From contig OZ257133.1 in NCBI GenBank assembly GCA_965279135.1, positions 475,274-539,273 of the forward strand: a DNA stretch of 64,000 nt, written 5' to 3'. The DNA is from Croceimicrobium sp. Lineage in GTDB: Bacteria > Bacteroidota > Bacteroidia > Flavobacteriales > Schleiferiaceae. Each line of letters opens with the position of its first letter. The stretch's first letter is position 1. Positions 47,279 to 59,017 of this stretch are shown one piece after another. The translations under genes were made by a program, and so were the position numbers. The notes beneath the pieces were generated by a model that saw only the letters and a program-made list of their open reading frames with translations, was not told where the DNA came from and did no database searches.

Positions 47279-47343
47279 AAATGTGAAAGAACAAAAGAAA
47301 AAGGCCTGCAATTTAGGTATCTTTACCCGAAATCATCCATTCT

Positions 47344-48549
47344 ATGAAGATCGGAATCATCCGTGAAGGAAAGAATCCACCTGATAAACGCGTTCCCCTC
47401 AGTCCTCAACAATCACTACAATTATTAAGCCAATATCCTGATCTGCAAATAGCTGTTCAGCCAAGCCCGATCCGCTGTTTCAAGGATCAGGAGTATGCCG
47501 AATTAGGTCTTTCACTTGAAGAAGATTTGTCAGATTGCGATGTGCTTCTGGGGGTGAAAGAGGTTCCCATCGAAATGTTGATTCCTAACAAAACCTACCT
47601 CTTCTTTTCTCATACCTACAAGAAGCAGGAGTATAATCGAGATTTACTCCGAGCAATCCTGGATAAGAAAATTCGCCTTATTGACTATGAGATGCTTAAA
47701 GACCCGGGAGGGAAAAGACTACTAGGTTTTGGTCGCTATGCGGGAATAGTGGGTGCTTACAATGGTTTTCGGGCCTATGGGAAAATGACCGGTAGTTATG
47801 ATCTTAAAGCCGCTTATGAATGTCTTGATCGGCGTGAGTTAGAACAAGAATTAGTCAAAGTGCTACTTCCCGAAAACTTCCGTATTGCCTTAACAGGAGC
47901 AGGTAAGGTGGCTGGCGGGGCGATGGAGATTCTTTCCGCCCTTAAAATTACTCAGGTTTACCCTGATGAGTTTATTCGGGAAGACTTTAATCGAGAAGCA
48001 GTTTTCACCCAACTAAATGTGCACGACTATTTTGAGCGGGTTGACGGAACCGAGTTTAAACGATTGGATTTTTATCGTGATAATTCCGGCTATCAATCGC
48101 GCTTTTTAGAATATGCCGAGCATGCCGATATGTATATCGCTTGTCATTATTGGGCGGAAGGTTCACCATTCATATTCAGCCGGGAAGAGGCTCGCGATCC
48201 TCGCTTCAATGTGAAATTGGTGGCCGATATTTCCTGCGATATAGATGGACCGGTAGCCAGCACTTTAAGACCTTCCACTATTGCTGATCCTTTCTATGCT
48301 TATGACCCCGTTCAGGAAAAGGAAGTAGAGTTTGGTACAAAGGGCAGCATTGCGGTTAGCGCTGTAGATAATCTCCCGGGAGAATTACCCAGGGATGCAT
48401 CCGAAGACTTTGGAAATGAGCTGATAAAACACATCATCCCGCAGTTTTTTAATGGAGATGAGCAGCGCATTTTAGCGCGAGCTAGTGAGACTAATCTTCA
48501 AGGTGAGCTTACTGAGTCCTTTTCCTATCTCGATGATTACGTGAATTAG
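47344..48549 (+). CDS. AlaDH/PNT-family dehydrogenase (saccharopine / lysine-ketoglutarate reductase-like)
   Basis: MKIGIIREGKNPPDKRVPLSP... and the Rossmann motif LTGAGKVAGGA. Confidence 0.6.
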   Translation: MKIGIIREGKNPPDKRVPLSPQQSLQLLSQYPDLQIAVQPSPIRCFKDQEYAELGLSLEEDLSDCDVLLGVKEVPIEMLIPNKTYLFFSHTYKKQEYNRDLLRAILDKKIRLIDYEMLKDPGGKRLLGFGRYAGIVGAYNGFRAYGKMTGSYDLKAAYECLDRRELEQELVKVLLPENFRIALTGAGKVAGGAMEILSALKITQVYPDEFIREDFNREAVFTQLNVHDYFERVDGTEFKRLDFYRDNSGYQSRFLEYAEHADMYIACHYWAEGSPFIFSREEARDPRFNVKLVADISCDIDGPVASTLRPSTIADPFYAYDPVQEKEVEFGTKGSIAVSAVDNLPGELPRDASEDFGNELIKHIIPQFFNGDEQRILARASETNLQGELTESFSYLDDYVN

Positions 48550-48584
48550 GCATTTCGACTAAATTTGCCCCCCAATTTGATGGA

Positions 48585-49421
48585 ATGAGTACGGCCCCTG
48601 CCAAGTACATAGAAATTGAAAAAGTGATAGCTGAGAAGAACCCTACTTTGGCCAAATGGCTTCCGGGTTTCATCGTACGCTATATCAAAAAGATCATTCA
48701 CCAGGAAGAGATCAACGCAGTGATGCTAAAGCACGGGGAAAAGCGTGGACTTCCATTTGTAAGGGCGGGTTTAGACTTTTTAGAAACTACTGTAAAAACA
48801 GTGGGGCTGGAGAACGTACCTAAAGATGGAGGCATCATTCTGGCTTCTAATCATCCCTTAGGCGGTTTAGATGGTATTGCTTTCATGAAAGCGGTGGGTG
48901 AGGTTCGAGAAGACATCCAATTCCTGGTTAATGATATACTGCTTAACATCAAAAACTTGGAGCCTCTTTTTATTCCGGTGAATAAGGTTGGTGCAAATCC
49001 CAGGGCAGCATTGAAAGTGATTGAAGAGACCTATGCCAGAGATATTGCCGTATTAGTTTTTCCATCTGGTATGGTAAGTCGCAGATTACCAGATGGTATT
49101 GGTGATTTGGAATGGCAGAAAAGCTTTATCGCTCGATCAAAGAAGTACAAAAAGGATATTATTCCTGTACATATTGATGGTAAAAATTCCTCCTGGTTCT
49201 ATAATCTTTCCCATTGGCGCAGTAAATTAGGCATCAAAGCCAATTTGGAAATGTTTTACCTCGCAGATGAGATGTTCAAACAAAGAGGTAAGACGATTAC
49301 CATAACTTTTGGTGAACCTGTTTCCTGGCAAAGTTTCGATAAGTCGAAAAGCTTGGTAGAGTGGGCCGAGCACATGCGCAGTTTAACCTATGCCTTGCCT
49401 GAAAAGTATAAGGATCGATGA
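48585..49421 (+). CDS. lysophospholipid (PlsC-family) acyltransferase, glycine-lipid O-acyltransferase-like
   Basis: NHPLGGLDG (HX4D-type motif), FPSGMVSR. Coupled to the downstream N-acyltransferase. Confidence 0.7.
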   Translation: MSTAPAKYIEIEKVIAEKNPTLAKWLPGFIVRYIKKIIHQEEINAVMLKHGEKRGLPFVRAGLDFLETTVKTVGLENVPKDGGIILASNHPLGGLDGIAFMKAVGEVREDIQFLVNDILLNIKNLEPLFIPVNKVGANPRAALKVIEETYARDIAVLVFPSGMVSRRLPDGIGDLEWQKSFIARSKKYKKDIIPVHIDGKNSSWFYNLSHWRSKLGIKANLEMFYLADEMFKQRGKTITITFGEPVSWQSFDKSKSLVEWAEHMRSLTYALPEKYKDR

Positions 49422-50389
49422 AGGATATTATAAATCCGGTTAACCGGGAAGCTATCATAAGTGAACTTACGGAAGAGAACTTCCTAACTAATACCTCAAA
49501 AGGTGGCAATCAGCTCTATTTGGCTGATCATCGCCATGCTCCAAACATGGTTCGTGAGATAGGTCGACTTAGAGAAGTGGCCTTTCGTACCGCAGGTGGA
49601 GGAACAGGCAAGGAGCTTGACCTTGATCAATATGATTTAAGTCCAGATCATCCCTATCAGCAATTGATCGTTTGGGATCCGGAAGATCAAGAGATTCTGG
49701 CGGGTTATCGGGTTTTAAAATGTATTGATGGAGAACGTGATGAGAATGGAAAGCTAAAATCGGCTACTAGTAAGCTCTTCAAACTTTCGGATAAGATGGT
49801 GGAGGAGTTTTTACCGATCACAGTGGAGCTGGGTCGATCTTTCGTGCAGCCCAAGTATCAGCGCACTGCTCCGCGTAAAAGCATTTTCGCATTGGATAAC
49901 CTTTGGGATGGTCTAACAGCCTTAATGTTGGATGATCCTAATCTGGAGTACATGTTTGGGAAAGTAACCATGTACCCTCATTTTAATCGCGAGGCACGCA
50001 ATATGATACTGGCCTTTATGCGCCACTATTTCCCTGATCCCGATGGACTAGTACGTCCTCGTGAAGCTTTGGTAGCGGAGGAGCTCTTAAAGCCGCACTT
50101 CGCTCTATTTGAAGGACTGGAGTATAAGGAAGGTCGAAAGGCTTTAGCGGCAGAGATGAAACTTCGGGGGGAGTCTATTCCGCCATTGATTAACAGCTAT
50201 ATGTCCCTCACCACTACAATGAGGAGTTTTGGAACCGCTCTAAACCCAAACTTTGGAGAAGTGGAAGAAACCGGTATTCTAATCAAGTTTAGGGATATCG
50301 ATCCCGCTCGCTTAGATCGCTATATGGGCAATTTCAAGGACAATTCAGAGTATCGCGGACCTTTCTATGTTCCTGCTACTGAGGCTTAG
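49418..50389 (+). CDS. GNAT/hemolysin-like N-acyltransferase (OlsB/GlsB-like amino-acid lipid synthase)
   Basis: LREVAFR...GGGTGKELDLDQYD and ELGRSFVQPKYQ. Confidence 0.7.
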   Translation: MKDIINPVNREAIISELTEENFLTNTSKGGNQLYLADHRHAPNMVREIGRLREVAFRTAGGGTGKELDLDQYDLSPDHPYQQLIVWDPEDQEILAGYRVLKCIDGERDENGKLKSATSKLFKLSDKMVEEFLPITVELGRSFVQPKYQRTAPRKSIFALDNLWDGLTALMLDDPNLEYMFGKVTMYPHFNREARNMILAFMRHYFPDPDGLVRPREALVAEELLKPHFALFEGLEYKEGRKALAAEMKLRGESIPPLINSYMSLTTTMRSFGTALNPNFGEVEETGILIKFRDIDPARLDRYMGNFKDNSEYRGPFYVPATEA

Positions 50390-51033
50390 TGTTGCTTCAA
50401 TTCCTTAATCGTAGCGATAGGATCTTCAGATCGAAAAACAAAGCTTCCGGCTACTAAAACATCAGCCCCAGCTTCGATTAGCCGAGGTGCATTGTCATTA
50501 TTCACCCCACCATCAATTTCAATAAGGGTTTTACTGCCAGCAGAATCAATCATAGCCCGCAGGCTTCTCACCTTATCATAGGTACGTTCAATAAAAGCCT
50601 GACCGCCAAATCCGGGATTCACGCTCATCATACATACCAAATCGATATCCTGAATAACATCCTTCAATACTTCTACCGGAGTATGGGGATTTAGGGCCAC
50701 CCCTGCTTTCATACCAGCTGCTTTAATTGCTTGTAAGCTTCGGTGCAGGTGGGTGGAAGCTTCATAATGTACTGTAAGGACATCAGCCCCAACATTTTTA
50801 AAATCTTCAATATAGCGTTCGGGCTTCTCAATCATCAGATGTACATCGAGCGTTTTGGTTGCTACTTTATTAATCCCGGCAATAACCGGAAGTCCGAAGG
50901 AGATATTAGGAACGAAGAGCCCATCCATAACATCGAGGTGAAACCAATCTGCTGCACTTTCATTAACCATTTTACAATCGCGTTCCAGATTAAGGAAATC
51001 GGCGGCAAGAAGACTCGGTGCAATAAGGGCCAT
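50386..51033 (-). CDS. rpe: ribulose-phosphate 3-epimerase
   Basis: IAPSLLAADF, HLDVMDG, MSVNPGFGGQ. ATG at 51033 (the track start at 51051 is TTG). Confidence 0.92.
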   Translation of the reverse strand: MALIAPSLLAADFLNLERDCKMVNESAADWFHLDVMDGLFVPNISFGLPVIAGINKVATKTLDVHLMIEKPERYIEDFKNVGADVLTVHYEASTHLHRSLQAIKAAGMKAGVALNPHTPVEVLKDVIQDIDLVCMMSVNPGFGGQAFIERTYDKVRSLRAMIDSAGSKTLIEIDGGVNNDNAPRLIEAGADVLVAGSFVFRSEDPIATIKELKQH

Positions 51034-51055
51034 AGCGTAAATTTTGGGCAAAACT

Positions 51056-51086
51056 AAAAAACCCCGACGCTATGGTCGGGGTTTTC
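51056..51086 (-). terminator. rho-independent terminator after rpoD
   Basis: CCCCGAC-GCTATG-GTCGGGG with A/T tracts on both sides. Confidence 0.75.
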
Positions 51087-51106
51087 TATACATTTTGTGA
51101 GATCTA

Positions 51107-51970
51107 TTAACCTAAATAGGTTTTCAAAATCTTACTTCTGGAAGTGTGTTTCAATCTGCGGATCGCCTTTTCCTTGATTTGACGTACACGCTCGCGGGTG
51201 AGATCGAATTTCTCGCCAATTTCTTCGAGGGTCATTGGGTGTTGTCCACCTAATCCAAAGTAAAGACGTACCACATCACCTTCTCTTGGGGTCAATGTGG
51301 CTAAAGAACGCTCAATCTCGGTACGCAAAGAGTCCTGCATTAGCGTGTCATCAGGGTTAGGACTTTCACCTGTGTTCAATACATCATACAGGTTGCTGTC
51401 TTCACCTTCTACCAATGGTGCATCCATGGAGATATGACGACCACTATTACGCATGCTCTCCTTCACATCGTTTTCACCCATTTCAAGGTTGTCCGCGATT
51501 TCTTCAGGAGAAGGTGCACGTTCGTGCTCCTGTTCTAGTTGCGCATAAGATTTATTAATCTTATTGATCGAGCCGATCTTATTGAGTGGCAAACGCACAA
51601 TTCGCGATTGCTCAGCCAGGGCTTGCAGGATACTTTGACGAATCCACCATACGGCATAGGAAATGAATTTAAATCCGCGAGTTTCATCGAAACGTTGGGC
51701 GGCCTTTATTAATCCGAGGTTTCCTTCGTTAATTAAATCCGGCAGGGTTAATCCCTGGTTTTGATATTGCTTGGCCACAGAAACCACAAATCGAAGGTTG
51801 GCCTTGGTTAACTTTTCCAAAGCTACCTGATCACCAGCCTTGATACGTTGTGCCAACTCTACTTCCTCCTCGGCAGTAATCAAGTCTACTTTACCGATTT
51901 CCTGAAGGTATTTGTCGAGCGACGCCGTTTCACGGTTGGTAACCTGTTTTGTGATCTTTAACTGTCTCAT
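51107..51970 (-). CDS. rpoD: primary RNA polymerase sigma factor (sigma-70 family)
   Basis: Regions 2-4: [15 protein letters not shown] and [24 protein letters not shown]. Confidence 0.93.
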   Translation of the reverse strand: MRQLKITKQVTNRETASLDKYLQEIGKVDLITAEEEVELAQRIKAGDQVALEKLTKANLRFVVSVAKQYQNQGLTLPDLINEGNLGLIKAAQRFDETRGFKFISYAVWWIRQSILQALAEQSRIVRLPLNKIGSINKINKSYAQLEQEHERAPSPEEIADNLEMGENDVKESMRNSGRHISMDAPLVEGEDSNLYDVLNTGESPNPDDTLMQDSLRTEIERSLATLTPREGDVVRLYFGLGGQHPMTLEEIGEKFDLTRERVRQIKEKAIRRLKHTSRSKILKTYLG

Positions 51971-52022
51971 TGGCTACAATAAAAATTAGAATTCGTTTTT
52001 AAATAACTGAAAAGCCAGAGTT

Positions 52023-54176
52023 TTAGTTTTCGCTCTGCTCTTGCTTAGGCTTTTCCTGGCGTTCTGGTTTTGGCAATAACACTTTGCGGGAAAGCTTAAG
52101 CTTACCGCGGTCATCTTTACCAATTAGTTTTACTTCAACGCGCTCTCCCTCTTTCAACACTTCGTCTACTGTTTTCAAGCGACGGTGCTCAATTTCGGAG
52201 ATGTGTAATAGTCCATCTGTTCCCGGAGCTAATTCTACAAAGGCGCCGTAAGGCTGAATGGAGCGAACCAATCCATTGTATACTTCTCCAACTTCAGGTA
52301 CAAAAGCGATCTCTCGGATACGCGCTTCAGCTTGAGCCATTTTAGCAGCATCAGTGCCACTGATTTCAATGATACCGAAATCACCTTCCTCTTCAATAGT
52401 GATGGTAGTCTCTGTATCAAGCTGCAATTTTTGGATATTCTTTCCTCCTGGTCCGATGATCATTCCAATGAAGTCTTTTGGAATCTTCATCATATTCAAT
52501 TTCGGAGCATGAGGCTTAAGTTCGGTACGAGGAGCATCGATGGTCTTCAACATCTCACCTAAGATGTGCAAACGGCCGGCGTTAGCTTGCATCAAAGCTT
52601 TTTCGAGAATCTCATAACTCAATCCGCTAATCTTGATGTCCATCTGACAAGCAGTGATACCTTTTTCAGTACCGGTAACTTTGAAGTCCATATCACCTAA
52701 GTGGTCTTCATCACCCAGGATATCACTTAATACCGCGTAATTGCCAGTCTCATCAGTGATCAATCCCATAGCAATCCCTGAAACAGGAGCCTTGATTTTG
52801 ATACCCGCATCCATAAGAGCCAGGGTTCCGGCACATACGGTGGCCATAGAAGAAGAACCGTTAGACTCAAGGATATCTGAAACTACGCGAATAGTGTAGA
52901 AGTTATCTTCAGGAACAATGCCTTTTAGAGCACGTTGGGCTAGGTTACCATGTCCCACCTCACGACGGCTGGTACCACGAATTGGACGGGCCTCACCAGT
53001 AGAGAAAGGAGGGAAGTTATAATGAAGATAAAAGCGCTCTGAACCACTAAAGGTTACATTATCGATACGGTTTTCATCTAATTTACTTCCTAAGGTAACG
53101 GTGGTTAAAGACTGAGTTTCTCCACGAGTAAACACGGCTGAACCATGCGTTGAAGGGAGGTAATCAACTTCGGTCCAGATTGGACGAATTTCATCGAGTT
53201 GACGGCCATCTAAACGCTGACGATCATTTAAGATCATATTACGCATGGCGTGGTACTCCACATCATGGTAATAGGTCTTAATTAATCCCGATTTTTCTTC
53301 GAGCTCTTCTTCACTGAAGTTAGCCTCCATGTATTCATCACGAACGGCTTTGAATTGCTCAGAGCGTTGTTCTTTGCTCAAGCCACTTTTAGCAACTTCG
53401 AACACCTTGTCATAGAGGTCGCTCATGATTTTTTCGCGAAGCTCTTCGTCATGAGTCTCGTGGCTGTACTCACGTTTTACCGCAGCCTTTTCCACTTTCG
53501 CTGCTAAATCTAGCTGCGCTTGAACCTGAACTTTAATCGCTTCGTGAGCAGCTTGAATTGCCGCTAGCATCTCTTGTTCAGAGATTTCATCCATTTCTCC
53601 TTCCACCATCACCACACTGTCGGCAGTAGCTCCAACCATCATATCGATGTCAGACTCTTCCATCTGAGCGGTACTCGGATTAATAACGAATTCGCCATTT
53701 ACGCGAGCTACGCGAACTTCAGACATTGGTCCATTAAATGGAATATCCGAAACAGCAATTGCAGCAGAAGCGGCTAAACCGGCTAGTGCATCCGGGCGTA
53801 CGTTTTGGTCCCAGGAGTTTAAGGAAATCATCACCTGAACATCAGCGTGATAATCCTTAGGGAAGAGTGGACGTAATACGCGGTCAACTAAGCGCATTAC
53901 CAGAATTTCCTCATCACTTGGACGAGCCTCTCTCTTTATAAAACCGCCAGGCATACGGCCTGCGGCAGAAAATTTTTCGCGATAATCTACAGTAAGTGGC
54001 AAGAAATCTACCCCCTCCATAGCTTCTTTATTGGAAACTACAGTCGCCAACAACATGGTATCTCCCATGCGAACCATTACCGAACCGTCCGCTTGCTTAG
54101 CTAACTTCCCGGTTTCGATGGTAATGGTTCTCCCATCTGCTAATGTTATTTCCTGCGTAATTACGTTTGGAATCAT
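52023..54176 (-). CDS. pnp: polyribonucleotide nucleotidyltransferase (PNPase)
   Basis: Two RNase PH domains, a KH domain and an S1 domain ([18 protein letters not shown]). Confidence 0.95.
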   Translation of the reverse strand: MIPNVITQEITLADGRTITIETGKLAKQADGSVMVRMGDTMLLATVVSNKEAMEGVDFLPLTVDYREKFSAAGRMPGGFIKREARPSDEEILVMRLVDRVLRPLFPKDYHADVQVMISLNSWDQNVRPDALAGLAASAAIAVSDIPFNGPMSEVRVARVNGEFVINPSTAQMEESDIDMMVGATADSVVMVEGEMDEISEQEMLAAIQAAHEAIKVQVQAQLDLAAKVEKAAVKREYSHETHDEELREKIMSDLYDKVFEVAKSGLSKEQRSEQFKAVRDEYMEANFSEEELEEKSGLIKTYYHDVEYHAMRNMILNDRQRLDGRQLDEIRPIWTEVDYLPSTHGSAVFTRGETQSLTTVTLGSKLDENRIDNVTFSGSERFYLHYNFPPFSTGEARPIRGTSRREVGHGNLAQRALKGIVPEDNFYTIRVVSDILESNGSSSMATVCAGTLALMDAGIKIKAPVSGIAMGLITDETGNYAVLSDILGDEDHLGDMDFKVTGTEKGITACQMDIKISGLSYEILEKALMQANAGRLHILGEMLKTIDAPRTELKPHAPKLNMMKIPKDFIGMIIGPGGKNIQKLQLDTETTITIEEEGDFGIIEISGTDAAKMAQAEARIREIAFVPEVGEVYNGLVRSIQPYGAFVELAPGTDGLLHISEIEHRRLKTVDEVLKEGERVEVKLIGKDDRGKLKLSRKVLLPKPERQEKPKQEQSEN

Positions 54177-54211
54177 GTATAGTATTGTAAAAGAATAATA
54201 GGTTTTAGAAG

Positions 54212-54244
54212 AAAAGAAGGCAACTCCTAGAATTGCCTTCTTTT
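54212..54244 (-). terminator. rpsO terminator / pnp leader hairpin
   Basis: AGAAGGCAA-N9-TTGCCTTCT with a T-tract on the minus strand. Confidence 0.7.
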
Positions 54245-54254
54245 ATCAAGAGAA

Positions 54255-54524
54255 TTATTTTCTAATTCCGAGCTCGGCGATAATCGCACGATATCTTTCA
54301 ATATCGCGATCCTTCAGGTATGCAAGGATGCGACGACGCTTACCTACCATGTCTACCAATGCTTTCTCGGTAGCAAAGTCTTTGCGATTTTGCTTCAAGT
54401 GCTCAGTAAGATGGTTAATGCGGTAAGTGAATAATGCAACTTGACCTTCTGGTGATCCGGTGTCGTTTTCAGATTTTCCGTACTTAGAGAAAATCTCTCT
54501 TTTCTTCTCAGGACTTAGATACAT
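54255..54524 (-). CDS. rpsO: 30S ribosomal protein S15
   Basis: GSPEGQVALFTYRINHLTEHLK and RRRILAYL. Confidence 0.95.
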   Translation of the reverse strand: MYLSPEKKREIFSKYGKSENDTGSPEGQVALFTYRINHLTEHLKQNRKDFATEKALVDMVGKRRRILAYLKDRDIERYRAIIAELGIRK

Positions 54525-54570
54525 TTCAAAATCTTTTAGATGAATGTTATGTATGAATAATTTTGGCCTG

Positions 54571-54578
54571 CAAAAGTA
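54571..54578 (-). promoter_or_regulatory. candidate -7 box TACTTTTG upstream of rpsO
   Basis: Matches the Bacteroidota TAnnTTTG consensus about 45 nt upstream of the start codon. Confidence 0.4.
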
Positions 54579-54593
54579 GCAATTCTTTTCTAA

Positions 54594-55463
54594 TTAATTG
54601 CTAGCCTTGGCCTTAAGTTCGGTATGCGTCATATGCAGGAATCCCGAGATTTTATTCTTGAGGTCTTTTCGCTCACTGATGAAATCAAGGAAACCATGCT
54701 CCAATAAAAATTCTGAAGTTTGGAATCCTTCAGGAAGATCCTTACCGATAGTTTCTTTAACTACTCGGGGACCGGCAAAGCCGATAAGCGCTCCAGGTTC
54801 TGCAATATTAATATCACCTAGCATCGCAAAAGAAGCGGTTACCCCGCCGGTGGTTGGATCAGTAAGTAAAGACACATAAGGGATTTTTGCTTCTCCCAGT
54901 TGCGCGAGTTTAGAACTTGTTTTCGCCATCTGCATTAAAGAGAATGCCGCTTCCATCATGCGGGCCCCACCACTTTTAGAGATCATGATGAAAGGCTTAT
55001 GATATTTTAAAGAATGATCGATGGCCTTAGCTATTTTCTCACCTACTACCGAGCCCATTGACCCGCCAATAAAGTTGAAGTTCATCGCTGCGATTACTAC
55101 ATCGCGATCATTCATTTTACCATATCCCGTTGTAACGGCATCATTTAAGCCGGTTTTCTTTACGGAAGCTTTATAGCGATCTGAATATTTCTTGGTGTCT
55201 TCAAATTTGAGGGGATCACCAGAAGTCATTTTTGCATTGAGTTCAGTAAACTTCCCTTCATCGAAGAGGATGCTGAAATACTCCTGAGCATTGATGCGCT
55301 CGTGGAAACCACAGTTAGGACAAACCCAAAGGTTGTCTGCGTGATCTTCAACGCTGGAGATTACTTTACACTTTTTGCATTTATACCAAAGACCTTCAGG
55401 GGTTTCCTTCTTATCTTCTGTTTTGGTGGTTATTCCCTCTTTGTTACGTACGAACCAACCCAT
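54594..55463 (-). CDS. accD: acetyl-CoA carboxylase carboxyltransferase beta subunit
   Basis: Zinc ribbon CKKC...CPNCG and FIGGSMG. ATG at 55463 (the track start is GTG at 55496). Confidence 0.92.
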   Translation of the reverse strand: MGWFVRNKEGITTKTEDKKETPEGLWYKCKKCKVISSVEDHADNLWVCPNCGFHERINAQEYFSILFDEGKFTELNAKMTSGDPLKFEDTKKYSDRYKASVKKTGLNDAVTTGYGKMNDRDVVIAAMNFNFIGGSMGSVVGEKIAKAIDHSLKYHKPFIMISKSGGARMMEAAFSLMQMAKTSSKLAQLGEAKIPYVSLLTDPTTGGVTASFAMLGDINIAEPGALIGFAGPRVVKETIGKDLPEGFQTSEFLLEHGFLDFISERKDLKNKISGFLHMTHTELKAKASN

Positions 55464-55553
55464 AAAATCTAGTTTAATTGAAAAAGTCTGCTTCACGATG
55501 TGAATGCAGACTTTGTATCAAAACTCTTTAAAAAAAGTGATAATCACAAATGC

Positions 55554-56630
55554 CTAGGCAATAGTGATTTCGTCATTTAAATAAACATCCTGGATAGCGT
55601 TTAGCAAGGCTACACCATCATTCATCGGCTTCTGGAATGCTTTACGTCCAGAGATTAGTCCTTGACCTCCGGCTCTTTTATTTACCACCGCAGTCTTAAC
55701 TGCCGCCGCAAGATCGCCTTGAGCAGAACCAGTTGAAGATCCACCGGAATTGATTAATCCAGCGCGACCCATAAAGCAGTTTGCAACCTGATAGCGAGTC
55801 AGATCGATTGGATTGTCTGAAGTTAACTCCGTATAGATGCGCTCATCTAGTTTACCGTAACTGCTATCTCCACTGTTCATTGCCTTGTAGCCACCGTTAT
55901 TCTCGGGAAGCTTTTGCTTGATGATATCAGCCTGGATAGTTACCCCCAGGTGATTGGCTTGAGCAGTAAGGTCAGCCGCTACGTGATAGTCTTTATCTTT
56001 TTTAAACTCTGAGTTACGGATATAGCACCAAAGGATAGTGGCCATACCTAATTCATGAGCATATTCAAATGCCTCAGCAACTTCCACAATTTGACGGTTA
56101 CTTTCTTCCGAACCGAAGTAAATAGTGGCACCTACAGCAACTGCTCCCATATTCCAGGCATCGCGAATACTACCGAACATAATCTGATCGAAAGTATTGG
56201 GATGCGTCATTAATTCGTTGTGGTTAATTTTTACCACGAAAGGAATCTTGTGCGCATATTTACGAGATACACTCGCTAAAGCTCCAAAAGTTGAAGCCAC
56301 TGCATTACATCCACCTTCAATGGCAAGCTTCACAATATTTCCACCATCAAAATAGATAGGGTTTTTAGCAAAGGATGCTCCTGCCGAATGCTCAATTCCT
56401 TGATCTACAGGAAGGATAGATAAATATCCAGTGTCGGCCAAACGACCGGTACCATATAAGGCCTGCAGGCTTCTAAGCACTTGAGGACTACGGTTGGAAT
56501 CGGCGAATACACGATCCACAAAATCAGCACCTGGCAAATGCAGCATGCTTTTATCTACGGTTTTACACTGGTGATTGAGGAGTGAATCTGCGTCTGATCC
56601 GAGCAGCTCAGCAATTTGGTTAGCGTTCAT
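55554..56630 (-). CDS. fbaB: class I fructose-bisphosphate aldolase (FbaB/DhnA type)
   Basis: It aligns by eye along its whole length with E. coli FbaB as I remember it ([20 protein letters not shown]..., [10 protein letters not shown]...). Confidence 0.9.
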   Translation of the reverse strand: MNANQIAELLGSDADSLLNHQCKTVDKSMLHLPGADFVDRVFADSNRSPQVLRSLQALYGTGRLADTGYLSILPVDQGIEHSAGASFAKNPIYFDGGNIVKLAIEGGCNAVASTFGALASVSRKYAHKIPFVVKINHNELMTHPNTFDQIMFGSIRDAWNMGAVAVGATIYFGSEESNRQIVEVAEAFEYAHELGMATILWCYIRNSEFKKDKDYHVAADLTAQANHLGVTIQADIIKQKLPENNGGYKAMNSGDSSYGKLDERIYTELTSDNPIDLTRYQVANCFMGRAGLINSGGSSTGSAQGDLAAAVKTAVVNKRAGGQGLISGRKAFQKPMNDGVALLNAIQDVYLNDEITIA

Positions 56631-56686
56631 AGTGTTGATCTAAGAATTAAGAATCGATGCAAAAGTATATTTTTTTAGGACCCATT

Positions 56687-58987
56687 TTAGAATGGATATC
56701 CTAAGGCAATGTTATATGTCAAATTAGGGAGAACCGGCTTGGTGGCAATTACCCATTCATCCCCGCTCTGCCAGTATCCGGGATCGCGTAAACGCAGACC
56801 TAAATCCAATCGAATAACGAAGAATTCTACATCGAGGCGCAAGCCAAAACCGCTGCCCAGATAGAGATCTCGACCCAGATTCCGCAGGTCAAATCCACTT
56901 TCCTCAGATTCCAATCCACCGGTTAACCAAATATTACCGGCATCAAGGAAAACGGCACCTTTAAGGCTGCTGTAAATGGGAAAGCGATACTCCAGGTTTG
57001 TTAAGAGTTTAAAGGTACCAATGGCAAAGTTGGAGCTAGTGTCGGTATAGCTGGAAACTTGCTCAATACCTCCACCGGCACGATAGGCCGGCCAGGCTCT
57101 CAGGTCGTTTGTACCTCCTAGAAAGAAGAAACGACTAAATGGGGGAAGACGTAACACTTGTCCGTTTGATTCGAATTGTGAGTTCCCATAAGGCAGCACA
57201 TAGGCGCTATTCAGTCGAAAGACATAGAGTTGTTCCGGACTGGGGTGAATGTAATAACGGTAGTCCAATTCCAAACTGGCAAATTGATAAACCGGAGCTC
57301 CCCATAACTGGTCCAATCCATTTCCATTTGATTCACCCGCAGCATTGCTGAGTAAGGATTGTAGGGTGCCGCCCCATTCTAAATCCGAGCTAAAGAAATC
57401 ATAATACCGTTGACTCACGGAAGTTTGTCCTGTATAGGTGTAGCGCCAGGAAGTGCTACTGATAAACTCACTACTAAAAGCAAGAATCTGAATAGGGTCA
57501 AGCTGATTAATGAAAAAATCCTCAATGGCGAAGAGATTGGAATAGCTCATACTAAAGAGGTCTACCTGATGGTTCTTTTGCGGGCTTTCTCGCCAGGTAT
57601 AGGATAAGCTTCCCCCGAAGGTCTCACGGTCAAATTCTACCCTGTTCGTTCTGTTCGCATAGATGCTGATGCTTGATTTAGGTTGCATGCGTTTTGGCAC
57701 GATACCCACGGTATTAAAGGGCAGTAGAAATCGAGGGAATTCAATTTTTACCTCAGCTCCAAATTCAAAGGTGCGCGAAAGGGTTTCCGATTGGGCTATG
57801 GTGGGTTGGTACTCCAGTCCACTATTAATTTTGAAGCTTAGCGCTTCACCCCCTCGGAAGAGATTTCGATTTATGATCCCCACTGATCCACTTATGCCAT
57901 AGTTGCCGGTGGTGTTGGTTACCTCCAGCTCGGCATTAAAAGTGCGCTTTTCCTGAGGTACTAAGTGTAGTTCAACATCCAATAATGATCGGCTACTATC
58001 TGAAGGAATGGTATTATATACAATCTCTGTGATGCTAAATGCATTGTAACTCGCGAGGTGAGAATAGGTATTGTTAATTTCTCGTTGACGGTATAGATCT
58101 CCTTCATTTAGATGCACAGCATCGGTGAGGTATCTAGGCTTATAGGCCAATTCATCAAAGCGCAGCTTGTAGTCTAAAAAATCCAGACTATCCACAGGAG
58201 TGGTGCTGCTCTGAAAGTCGAAATCGGGAATGATGGTGATCTTATTGAGGAAAAACGGTTTGAGATTTTTGTAGACTATACTATCGCCTTGTCTTTCCGG
58301 AATCCCCTTAACGATCAGTCTAAGGTTAACCTTATGGATACCGTTTCCGGTATTAGTATCAGCATCAAAGCTGATATAGCTTTCGCTAAAATTGAAATAG
58401 CCGTGATTACGGAAGAGATTCTTTAAGCGACTACGCTCAGCATCTAAATCTTCTAAATCGTAATAATCTCCTTCCTTAAGTTCAGACTCTTTAGCTTCCC
58501 TAAGTCGAAGCTTCTCCAGGGCGGGAAGAAATTCATAACTGATCGAATCAATCCGATAGCGTGGTCCTCGTCTCACGTTATAGCGCACAAAAGCCTTTTC
58601 ATCCTTGCCTTTAAAGCTCACCTCCTGGTTTACTTGTGCTTGAAAGTAGCCCTTATTAAAATAATACAGCTGTAATAACTCGGCGCTACGTTTAGTCTGT
58701 TGCTCTTCAAATATGACAGGGGCCTGACCAATGCGCGACCAGAAATTATCTTCTTCACCATTACCCCAGGAATGAATGGCCAATCCAGGCCTTAGTGGAG
58801 AGAAGAAGAGTTTGCGATTAGGTTTTTGGCGAATGACTCCCTCGGCCAAAGCAGTCGGATTGCCTCCATCAACCAGATCGATTTCGCTCCTCCAAAGGAG
58901 ATGGCGATCGTCCGGCACGTAACGGCTATATTTGCAAGCCGCAAAAGTGCTCAAAACGAGGCTCCATAAAACGAGGCGCTTCAACAT
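56687..58987 (-). CDS. Omp85/BamA-family outer-membrane protein
   Basis: Signal/lipobox region, POTRA-like N-terminal part, a C-terminal beta-barrel ending ...ALGYPF. ATG at 58987. Confidence 0.75.
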   Translation of the reverse strand: MLKRLVLWSLVLSTFAACKYSRYVPDDRHLLWRSEIDLVDGGNPTALAEGVIRQKPNRKLFFSPLRPGLAIHSWGNGEEDNFWSRIGQAPVIFEEQQTKRSAELLQLYYFNKGYFQAQVNQEVSFKGKDEKAFVRYNVRRGPRYRIDSISYEFLPALEKLRLREAKESELKEGDYYDLEDLDAERSRLKNLFRNHGYFNFSESYISFDADTNTGNGIHKVNLRLIVKGIPERQGDSIVYKNLKPFFLNKITIIPDFDFQSSTTPVDSLDFLDYKLRFDELAYKPRYLTDAVHLNEGDLYRQREINNTYSHLASYNAFSITEIVYNTIPSDSSRSLLDVELHLVPQEKRTFNAELEVTNTTGNYGISGSVGIINRNLFRGGEALSFKINSGLEYQPTIAQSETLSRTFEFGAEVKIEFPRFLLPFNTVGIVPKRMQPKSSISIYANRTNRVEFDRETFGGSLSYTWRESPQKNHQVDLFSMSYSNLFAIEDFFINQLDPIQILAFSSEFISSTSWRYTYTGQTSVSQRYYDFFSSDLEWGGTLQSLLSNAAGESNGNGLDQLWGAPVYQFASLELDYRYYIHPSPEQLYVFRLNSAYVLPYGNSQFESNGQVLRLPPFSRFFFLGGTNDLRAWPAYRAGGGIEQVSSYTDTSSNFAIGTFKLLTNLEYRFPIYSSLKGAVFLDAGNIWLTGGLESEESGFDLRNLGRDLYLGSGFGLRLDVEFFVIRLDLGLRLRDPGYWQSGDEWVIATKPVLPNLTYNIALGYPF

Positions 58988-59017
58988 GCAATCCTTAAAT
59001 TTTGGCAAAAGTAAGTC

